From NCBI GenBank assembly GCA_016748015.1, contig JAAOMT010000134.1:1618757-1682756 (forward strand): DNA of 64,000 bases, written 5' to 3'. The position numbers were made by a program, and so were the translations under genes. Source of the DNA: Geosiphon pyriformis uo1. Lineage: Eukaryota; Fungi; Glomeromycota. This document shows, piece after piece, positions 27,600 to 38,401 of this stretch; the first letter of the stretch is position 1; every line of letters begins with the position of its first letter. The notes beneath the pieces are model-generated. The model was given only the letters and a program-made list of their open reading frames with translations. It was not told the origin of the DNA and did no database searches.

Positions 27600-30500
27600 G
27601 TGGCAACCACACCAGACACAGCAACTCTAGAGTATTACCAGTCAATTTACACCCACTGCAAGCAAAAATTCAACATTCCAGACGGAATTGAAGTTGTCAA
27701 GAAATCAGTATACCAATATATTGAAAACTACATCAACAATTATCTTTTTGGAAACTACAACATTTCAGAAGTTAGAAGCAATCTTTACAATAATTTAGTG
27801 CACTATTCACGATTAGGAACAGAAGACCTGAACAGTGAAACACTTGCTACTTACTTCCAAAAACTTAATTTTAACATTATTGAGTATTGTGAAAAAAAAT
27901 ACCCAGTACAGTCTCAATACTCTATTAACTTTGAATCAGAGACAGAAACAAGCAACAAAGGCAAACAAAGATTGAAGCAATACTTAAGAACCACTCCAAA
28001 CACTCCAATACTACAAAAGACAACTGCCAAACACTTGCAAACACCTAAACAAAGAACCAGTGTCAAATTACCAGTTTCTATTACATCATTTCCAATTTCA
28101 CTTGTTTAACCACAAATACCAAATTCACCACTCAACCACTTCTCCAAACTAGAAGATTTTCAGTTACCTAGAAACCTTATTCAACAGCAGGAACCAATAT
28201 CAACAAGTGCCAATATTATTGATTACTTACAGGAAAACGAAAGTAATCATTCAGAAAGCTTGGAAAGTGAAGAAACTGAATCAGAACCAGAAAAAATTAC
28301 AGAAAATGAAGAAGAAATGGCAACTGCTTACATTGCAAAAATCCCAGAATTTACTGGTGAAGACAATGATACCAGTCCTCAAGAATGGCTTGACAAAGTT
28401 CAAAAAGCAGGAGATGCAAATGGTTGGATCACAGCAAGAATGCTCAAAACAATTCCCTACTTTCTCCAAGAAACAGCAGAAGAATGGTTTGAAAATTTAA
28501 AAGAACCATTTGAAAACTGGCAAGCATTCAAAGATGCTTTTCTACAACAATTCACCAATAACAATACCTCTATTACTCTCAGAAACCACTTTTGCAATAT
28601 CAAATAAGAAACATCTGAAACTATTATGACCTATCTTGGAAGATTTAACAAACTTCTCAAATAAATCTGACAATTGGAAACCAATGACTACTATTCTAAT
28701 GCTCAAATTCTGGATCAGTTTATAGCAAGATTAAAAAACAAACTGATTAAGAAAGTTTATCTACATGCTCCAGCAGACTTAGCAACTGCTATTAGACATG
28801 CAAAGAGCTATGAAATGGCAATGGAAAAAGCAAATCACACCAAGCTTGTAAACCTTGCAATTGAAGAAACCAGTTCAGCAGCTAAAGAAAAGATAGACCA
28901 ACTTACAAAAAAGCTTGAAAGCTACTTCACAAACCAACAACAATAGCAACAACAACCACAAAGATATCAACCCTTACAATGACACAACCAAAACAATTTT
29001 GGATCACTATCCAACAACCAACCTCAAAATTGTCATTATTGTGGAATTCCAGGACACTGGAAATGAGATTGTAGGAAATTACAAAGAGACCAACAAAACA
29101 GAAGTAATCAATGTTACTCTTTACTACAACAATCTTATTACCAATCTCCACTACCAACCTATTATTTACCAAGACCACAAAATCAAAACAGTTACTATTC
29201 ACCAGCTCCACAACCAATGCAGCAACAATATCAGCAATCTTTACCAATTCAGTCATATTAGACACTACCCACTCAACAATATCAAGTACCAGCAAGAAGA
29301 TTGGTTCAACATAACCAATTCATATCCCAAAATCAATTGCAGAGTAACAACAACAGAATCAATCCAAATAACCAGTTGGTTCCCCGAAATTCTGGTCAGC
29401 AAAGACCCAATTACTATCACACTCAACCCAGTTATCTTACAATACCAGAGGAATCGGATTTTTAACAAACTGCACTTTCTGAAGATGAAGTTGCAGTACC
29501 AAGATCAAATCCTTCCAATCATACCATTCCACCAGCTCAAATTGCCCAAAATGCCAATCTGTCAGATATATTTCCATTTGAATTTGAAGCAAATAATTCA
29601 CCATTTCTGCTTAGTAATGCCGCAGTCAATAAACAGAAAGCAATTACTGCTATGTACACAGAAGCTATAGTAGAAGGAAAACTCATTCACTTAATCTTAG
29701 ATAGTGGATTGGCTCAAAGTATCATCACTTACCAGTTAATGCAACAACTCAAATAAAATGTAGACAAACCAGTTCAAACAGTTATTGTCACAGTTGATGA
29801 TATAAAAAAGACTCCAGTAAGAGAAATTAATGATTTCCCCTTTACAATTAATGGAATCACCATTCTAGTTAAAGTTCTTATTATAGATGCACACCAATAC
29901 CAAGCTCTAGTCAGAAATAATTGACTTCTCAAGGCCAATGCAAACCTGAACTGGGAAACTCAAGAACTTAAAATCTTATATCAAGAACAATATACCATAG
30001 TACCTGCAATCTGTGGTACCTTTAACAAATGATCAGAAAAAGCTCCAGTATTTGAATTTGAAGAAAAGAAGGAAATGCCACTCACTGAAACCTATATGGC
30101 TCTTGGATTACCATCCAATTGGGCTGAGGAAACAGAACAAGAGATTTTTGAAGAATTAAGAGAATGGAAGAAAGTTAGATATTCTACACCAGAACCATGA
30201 AAAAAACCACCATACATTCTACTAAAATGCAAAGATTGCAAAAAGAAGCTTTTATCTATGGGAGCCTGTATTTCTCCAAAAGAGGAATACAAAACTCGCA
30301 CTTGTTACTTCTACAAGGCATGCCATAGAAAACGATTTGGATTTCCAAAGAGAAGTAGAAAATGGGACAAAACTTCTTGCCTTACTTGTAGAAAAATGCT
30401 ACCAGAAGAATGCAACTGGATTGATGTAGCAATGAGAGGAGGAGTATGTAATCAGATCTGTCAATATGCTTTATCAATTTCGGAAAAAGTCAGAAAAGGA

Positions 30501-33224
30501 ACACCATTTGATGCAGCATACAACAGTGCTCTCAATAAACTTTATCACTACTCTCATGATGCTGAAATGATTTTTGACCTAGCAATGGCATTGATCAATG
30601 GAGCCACCCAAAAAGATGTCCACCAAATGAAAGAAGCTGAATATATTAAGTATACCATAGAATTAGCTGAATTTGATTATGAAAATGAAGTAGAAACCTA
30701 CCACCAAATTGCAAGCCATACATATCCAACCAAAGAAGCTCAAATTCAATGATTAGAGCAAATGAATATTCAATTGTGTGAAGAATGTATTATGCCTTGT
30801 GATGACCAATGGTGTTTAGAATGTTATGCTCTTAGCATTCCTCTGCCAGATGAGAATAATGAAAATGAAATCGAATTTGGAGTATCTGAACTAGTAGAAA
30901 AACTACCAACCACCTCCATCTATCTTCTTGAAAAGCAACCATCTCTACAACTTAAATATTTTGACAACTATGGCCAAGGAATTAGACCAAAAAAAGCACA
31001 CAAAATTGATGCTGGATATGATCTAAGATACCCAGGAAAAGATACTTTGGTTCTTCAACCAAAGTCCTTAACAAAAATCAATCTCAAAATTGCTCTTGAA
31101 ATTCCACCAGGAGCAATGGTTCAAATTGCCTCCAGATCATCATTGGCAAGCAAAGAAATCAATATTAGAGGAGGAGTTATAGATGCAGAATACACTGGAG
31201 ACATTACCATTATGTTACAGAATGAGACAGACAAACCATTCAAAATTGAACATGCTGAAAAAATTGCTCAAGCAATTTACTTACCCTTAATCAACATTTC
31301 GGGTTTACAATCAGTAAACAACAAAGAACAATTGGGAAAAAGTAAAAAAGGAACTCAAGGTTTTGGTTCAACTGGATGATTTACAGTTTCAGTAAACATA
31401 GCTCTTAATACACAAAATGAATCTTACCAGATTCTTCAACTTCTTCAGCCAATTACCATTTTACCTTTTGGAAAACATCACGAAATTTACACTTGCTCAA
31501 AACCCACCACTACACAACAAATCTTTGAATCCAATAAACAAATCTGTTTAAAGCATGAAATCTCAATTCTAAACATTTATATTCCCAAAGGAATGAAAAA
31601 ATTTCGAGTTACATTCTACAATCCCAATAATTACCCTATTGTCTTATTAAACAAACTAGAGATTAGAATCATACACAGCAATATTTTTTAAGATGAAAAC
31701 CCTCAAATTGTCTCTAATTTCATCGAAATTGTAAGGCACACTCTACTTCCAAATCCAAATATCATTCCCATTACTGAAAACTACCACTTTTTGGAAGAAA
31801 AACTCTTTCAAATCAACATGGATTTCTTAGAACCTCAACAATAAAGACAATTGAAACAATTGATAACTGAATTTGCAGATATATTTGCAAAAGACAACAA
31901 TGACCTGGAAAAAACAGATATTGTTCAACATCAGATCCATATAGGAGATGCTCTACCAAAATGTCAACAAGCTTATCGAATGCCACTTGCCAGCCACCAA
32001 TTCATCAGAGAAGAAGTCCAAAGAATGCTCAATAATGGATTGATTCAACCATCAAGAAGTTCTTGGGCCTCACCAGTGGTTTTAGTTAAAAAAAAAAATG
32101 AAAAAATTAGATTCTGTGTTGATTATAAACAACTAAATAGTGTTACAATTGGAGATGCCTACCCTCTTCCAAAAATTGATGACATGCTAAATGCTCTAGG
32201 AAAAGCCAAGTTCTTCTCAACTTAAGACTTGGAAAGTGGATACTGGCAAGTCAAAATGGATCCAAAAGATAGACCCAAAACAGCATTCATCACTTAAGGA
32301 GGAAACTATGAATTCAATGTTATGCCTTTTGAACTCTGCAATGTATCAACAACATTTCAGTAACTCATGGATGTTGTATATAAAGGGCTCTTATGGCAAT
32401 CAGTAGTTGTCTATTTTGATGATACTGATGTATACTCACCAAGCTTTGAAGCCCATCTCATTCACCTGCAAGAAGTTTTTCAATGATTATGGAAAGCAAG
32501 ATTAAAGTTAAACATTGAGAAATGTTACTTTGGAAAAACAAGCTTGATCTTTTTTGGACACATATTTAGTAAAAATGGAGTCAAACCAAATCCAGGAACA
32601 ATCAGTGATGTCAAAAACTTTCAAACCTCCAGAAATACCACAGAACTAAGAGGATTTGTAGAACTAGCCTCTTACTATCAGAAATTCATAAAAGGATTCT
32701 CAGAAATTGCCAAACCACTCAATTATCTTACCAACAAAAACGTGCCATACAAATGGACTAAAGAACAGCAAAAAGCTTTTAAAACTCTTAAAACAAAATT
32801 GACAACAGCCCCAGTTCTTGCTTACTCAGACTTCAACAAACAGTTCCAATTAGCCATTGATGCTTTACACATAGTATTTGGTGCTATTTTATCACAAGTA
32901 GATGAAAATGGGCAAGAACAAGTCATTGCTTATGCTAGTAGAACACTCAAACCAACAAAACTAAAATATGGCTCAACTGAATTAGAAGCTGCCACAGTTA
33001 TTTGGGCTCTTAAACATTTTCAACAATATCTGAAAAATAGAAAAGAATTTGACATAATAATGGACAACATTGGCCTCAAATGGCTCAATAAAAAGAAAAC
33101 TGAACAAAGTGCCAAACAGTCTCAATGGAATGACTTCCTAGCAGATTACAGATATATTGTACACCACAAACCAGGAAAACTACATACCAATGTTGATAGC
33201 CTTTCAAGAATGAGACAAAATTAA
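27600..33224 (+). pseudogene. B1 ORF1: N-domain-Gag-PR-Cys-rich-dUTPase-RT-RNase H in one frame (1874 codons, point stops)
   Basis: Fragments at 27600, 28260, 28674, 30258, 30762, 31851 and 32544 share one frame. CHYCGIPGHWK.DC, LILDSG, DAGYDLRY/IASRSS/GFGSTG, YFDD, NVDSLSR. Confidence 0.92.
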
Positions 33225-33281
33225 TACCAACAACAATTCTATCACAACTTACCAACTTACCAACAAAATGACCAAACAAGA

Positions 33282-34667
33282 ATGGATCTCAGAAATTACA
33301 ACAATCTTAAAAATTATTTGGAAACTCTTACCATGCCAGAAAACTGGTCTCCAAGTGAAAAACATTGTTTACAACACCAATTAAAACAATATTTCATACA
33401 CCAGAACAAAATTGATTATAAAAATCACAGAAACCCAAACCAACCACTCAGATTAGTACAAGAAAATGAAAAAGAAACAATTTTATACAACATGCACACA
33501 GATCCGTTTTCAGCACACTTGGGAAGAGATGGAACAATTCAAAGAACCCTTGAACATTATTTTTGGTCTCACATGCAAAAAAACATTCAACAATATATAG
33601 AATCTTGTGATAGTTGTTAAAGCAGAGAAAGAATTTGCTCCACAGAACCTTTAAATCCAATCAAAGTTGGACAACTTTTTAACAGAGTTGGAATTGATTT
33701 AGTCGGACCATTACCTATTACAACCCAAGAAAATTGCTATATTGCAGTAGCAGTAGATTATCTTACCAAATGGCCTGAAGCTAAAGCCATCCAAAGAGCA
33801 GATACAAAATTAGTAGCAAATTTCATCTATGAAGACATTATTTGTAGACATGGATGTCCAATTGAACTTTTATCTAATCAAGGAACACATTTTGTGAACA
33901 ACTTGATACAAGAAATTTGTGAATGGTTCAATGTTAAAAAACCTCTATTATTACCTTATCACCCTTAAACAAATAAACTTATAGAACGTTTCAACAGAAC
34001 ATTGTGTGAATCTTTAGCCAAAGTCTCAACAGACTTTGAGCAGGAATAGGATATCTTTATTCCATCAGTGTTACTAGCATACAGAATGCTAAAACAAGAT
34101 ACTACAAAACACACACCATTTGATCTTACTTATGGGAGGACAGCAACATTACCAATTAATTTCACAGTGGAAACATATCCAGTGCAACCAATCAATGAAG
34201 AAAACTTTCAAGAAACACTCCAAAGAAGGGCCTACACTCTTCTTAGTACACTGGAAGGAAAAAGAAGAATAGCAGCAACTTATATTGAACATTCCCAAGC
34301 TCAACAAAAAAAAAGACATGACAACAAATTACCACTTATTACCAACAAATTTAAAGTTGGAAATAAAGTTTTTTTATACAGAACTAAGACTGAAAAACAA
34401 TGGAGTGAGAAATTTGAAAACAAATAGGATGGACCATTTTATATTCACGAAATTCTAGGCAATAGATCATACAAGTTAAGACTTGATGACAAAATACTAA
34501 CAAAAGTTGTACATGGAGACAGATTGAAACACTATCATTCCAGAAACAATCCTGAACCATTAATTCCACAAATTAGTACACATTCTCTTTTAATTAATCC
34601 TGAAGATATTTCCCAAAATTTAGAACCAATAATTATAATAGAACAACAACCAAACTTGAACACTTAA
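33282..34667 (+). pseudogene. B1 integrase ORF
   Basis: ATG 33282; MH..AHLG..CDSC, VGIDLVGP, ERFNRTL, DGPF; TAA 34665-67. No chromodomain evident. Confidence 0.9.
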
Positions 34668-34811
34668 ATTTTACAATAATTCTCTAATAAAAACACAAAG
34701 ACAAAAATAGTAAATAAATTACAAAAACACCCAAACCCAAAAACAAATAAAAACTCCATATCCAAAAATAATTTTCTTTATTTTCTCTTTTCACAATTAG
34801 TCAATTTTATC

Positions 34812-35519
34812 ATAATTATTTCCCGAAATATTTAACAAATATCCCAAAAGTTAATATTAGCCTTGAAAACACTTCCTGACTTATCCATAACAATTAATGG
34901 AAGTCAAATTAATTACATTCAGAAAAAAACCACAGTCCCAGTAGCAAATCATTCACAGAACTATCACCTCTATAGAAGAAAAACAAGAAGTCACTCTGAA
35001 AATAAGTTACCAAGACTTTTGAAGCAAGCACTGGAAGAAAATCTTTTAATTGTCCCTATTGACATTTCACCAAATGCTACAATGCAACAAAAACTTCTAC
35101 TACTTTTTAATGAACAGAACAATGAACACACTCCTATCTATAAATACTTTCACATTGGAAAGACACTTTATGAACAAAAACTGGAACTTGAAGCAACAAA
35201 TCTCACTCTTGAAGCTATACAAAAGCAAATTCATAATGAATTCAAAACAGCAGCTGGATCAACAAATACTTGCTACAAACTTAAAGCAGCTTTTAGACTC
35301 TATAATTTGTTTAATACTTGTGAAAATGTTCTACAAAATCCAATACTGCAACCAATGAAAGTCCAATACATTGGCAAACTTACAGAACTGAAATTTCAAC
35401 AATTTTCAGACCAAATTACTTCAATTATTTTGGATCACTATCTCAATATTACAAATAGTGTTTGGATTTTGATGGAGCTCAGTCTTGAGAAGAAGATTAT
35501 GTTACCAGTAAAATTTTAG
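34812..35519 (+). pseudogene. B1 ORF3 (unknown ~235 aa protein)
   Basis: 218-aa open portion in the track. Start inferred from the B2 homolog (ATG at 49812; ATA here). Reads through the PPT into the 3' LTR. Confidence 0.78.
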
Positions 35520-36524
35520 CTATTAATTAGCAGAAAAATTACCCTTATAATTCTTATAATTAATTAGTATATTAATATCATTTCAAATTATCATTTATTA
35601 TTTAATCAATTATCACATATCACAATTCAATTAAATAATCCAATTAGTATAATAAAAAGTAGAATAATCAAATTACACAATACTCTGAACTTTGTAACAT
35701 TCTAAAATTTGCCGAAATTTACAGAAATTCGCCAAAATTTTAAGAAATTCACCAAAATTTATAGAAATTTGCCAAAATTATGAATAATTCACCCAAATTA
35801 ATCAATAGTTCAGTGAAATAACTTGTAGTTCATCAAAATGTATCTTTAGTTCACCGAAATTTGAGCAAAGAGAAAAAGTGCAAGTTCATAGACTAGTACT
35901 ACAACAAGTTGTATAAAAGAAAAGCTTTTCTCTTTAAGAAAATGTATCTTTTTATAGTACCTTATCATAGTATCTTACTTTAGATATCTTAATTAAAACA
36001 AATTATCTTTTACAAAATTAAATAAAAATTAAATATTTGAAAACCAAATTCTTAAATTATTATACTTGAAATTCCCTCAACACAACCAATGTCTTGAAAT
36101 TGATTAGCTACCAATTTTAATAAACTGTTAGTAACTCCAGGCCTGGATAGAAAACGTTTTCCTTGATAAAATTCTATTTTTTTTACATTTTTTTTTTTTT
36201 TTTTCTTATTACAATCATTAGGGTAGCCTACAGACAAGATTCCTGTAGAAGAGTTGACTTTCACAGCAAAATAACTACACATTTTTAGTAAGCTTTCAGA
36301 CAAACAATTCTTGGAAAAGAATTAACATTTATTACAATGTAACTACATAAAGTAACTGGCAAAGAATTGGTCATTCCACTTATAAGCCCAGCAGTTCAAA
36401 TTATAGGAGATAATTTGAAGATAAATTCAGTTATTGGAGGTTCAACTACTTTTAGAAAACGTGAATTTGCAACCAACAGACAGTTACAACATTCAAAAAA
36501 AGAGACCAAAAACCTCCGGTAACA
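35500..36524 (+). repeat. B1 3' LTR
   Basis: TGTTACCAG...CCGGTAACA. Confidence 0.93.
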
Positions 36525-37466
36525 ATGTAATAATTCAGAAGACACAAATTGTTTCCCAAATCAATTGTGGCCATCATCCTACACTAATCAGTCACAACAG
36601 CCAAAGATGCATGTCTGCCACAACTGTGGTAAACAAGGTCACATTAGAGCCAACTGTCAATTTTATAACAATAATCCATGATTGGGAAATCAATATTGAA
36701 ACCCTGATTGCAGATTTCAGACTCAGAATTACTACCCAAATTAAGACCAATATCAAACCACTTACTTGCCAATAACGCAGCAATTAATCTATCAACTGCC
36801 AATATATCAACTTCCAATTTATCAACTGCAGCCACTGGTAATTTATCAGCCCCAACAACCAATTCAAACACCACTCCAAAACCCCACTCAAATGACATCA
36901 GGAAACCCAAGACCTAGAATCACTCAAAACTGGAGATCAGTGATGGTTGTTCATCAACTGATCCCCAGCTCCTCTCACCAACTATCAGGCTCTTGACAGT
37001 GGAATCTGAGTACTGGTTCCATCCAAAACCCGAATTTCCAGAACTATTTAAGTCTCCTGGTAACCCCAGAAGACACCCAATCCAATCATCCAGAAAACAA
37101 CCAACAACCACTACTCATCAGCAACATTCTACCAACAACAGTCACCAAAAACAAAACTCTTACTGCCATCTTTCCTTTCAAATTAGAGGAAACCATCAAC
37201 CCACCATTGTTCAGTGGAGCAGTACTTGAGGAAAAACCCATCATTGCGATGTACACTGATGCAAAAGTTAATGATCACCCCATCAAATTGATCCTAAATA
37301 GTGGATCAGCTGGCAGCATCATCACAAGACAACTCATGGATTAATTAGGTCACCAAGTTGATCACACTGCCAGTACAAGAATTATTACTGCTAATGGAAC
37401 TACCAAAACTCCAATTAGCAAAATAGATAACTTCTCTATCAAAGTTAATGGCATCACAATACTCAT

Positions 37467-38339
37467 TGTTACTCATAGAAATATAGGAAATATATTAGTA
37501 TGATTATTAGCCAATCAGAAGTAAGCGTAGTAAATGTGGAATTTCAGGATTTCTCTTAGGAATTGCAGGATTCCAGGAATTTCAGAATTCCCCAACGAGG
37601 AATCGCAGGATTCCAGAATTCCAGGATTCCTCTCAAAAGAATCGCAGGATTCTAGAAATTCCAGAATTCCCATCGTGAAAAATTAAGGAATTGAAAAATC
37701 TCAAATATGTATATATAGCAGTAATGATAGAAACAGAAAAGACAGAATTGATACCACAGAATTCTTAGCCTAAAAACAAAATCATCAAATAAATAATTAT
37801 TTTATATCTCAATCTACTCTCTACTATCAATACTTCATGTTAATAGTAATTGATATTTAATCACACTGGAACAATAGCTCTTGATCATGGCTATTGACGA
37901 AATACTAACGTACCAAATTGCCTTGGCTTATTTTCTCTATTTTCTTTATTTTATTTTCTTTATTTTATTTTCTTTCTTTTTTTTGATTTTGTTATTGTAT
38001 ACTAATTGATTAAAAGATTAAGCACTAAGTTATTGACATCAAGGATAGCCTAGTAAAAGACCCAGAAATAAGAGTAGGATTTTATATATTATCAGATAAC
38101 TTACCAGAAAGGCATGACTGCCAGACTAAATCCGGCCACCACGCTGAGAAAGAAATTGGGAAAACTCTTGAAAAAATACATCTACTATTGACACTATTGA
38201 ATCTCTGTTCATTATACAAAGGACTCCAACAAAACCTTCAGATACAACACTTGCAGAACCTCATCCATGGAAAAAGCTTTTGAGCACCAAGTTACAGGTT
38301 TGTTATTTAATTCAACAGCAGAAATAATCACCTGTAACA
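37467..38339 (+). repeat. A3 5' LTR (different subfamily from the A2 LTRs)
   Basis: TGTTACTCATAG...CCTGTAACA followed by a PBS. The post-TATA and 3' segments differ from the 23945/46759 LTRs. Confidence 0.9.
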
Positions 38340-38401
38340 TTTAGTGCTCCCTGTGAGATATAATCCTACAGAGAACCAGCGCCAACAAACATCATCCAAA
38401 A

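Larger units (their letters stand above)
26522..36524 (+). mobile_element. Complete Ty3/Gypsy element B1 (10.0 kb)
   Basis: LTRs 26522-27554 and 35500-36524, PBS 27557, PPT GAGAAGAAG before 35500, perfect ATGT TSD (26518-21, 36525-28). Confidence 0.95.
24870..37466 (+). pseudogene. A2 ORF1 5' part (24870-26521 + 36525-37466): N-terminal domain, capsid, zinc knuckle, protease
   Basis: GTG 24870; in-frame ATG 25869 (MAYAPIAKLDNF); CHNCGKQGHIRANC; LIL(N)SGSAGSII. Interrupted by B1 and cut by the LTR at 37467. Confidence 0.85.

Noticed and set aside
28915-29670. 251-aa overlapping ORF and similar Ser/Thr-rich ORFs (36708, 59126, 63459)
   Set aside because: Shifted-frame shadows of the Gln-rich Gag region. 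The true frame collects CAA>TAA stops while these stay open.
34540-34667. Chromodomain at the integrase C-terminus
   Set aside because: Only a ~40 aa tail after the GPF module, with no aromatic-cage or Y.VKW pattern.
34770-34800. Splice acceptor for an env-like spliced ORF3 mRNA
   Set aside because: The pyrimidine tract plus AG in B1 has no AG counterpart in B2, and family A has no such tract.
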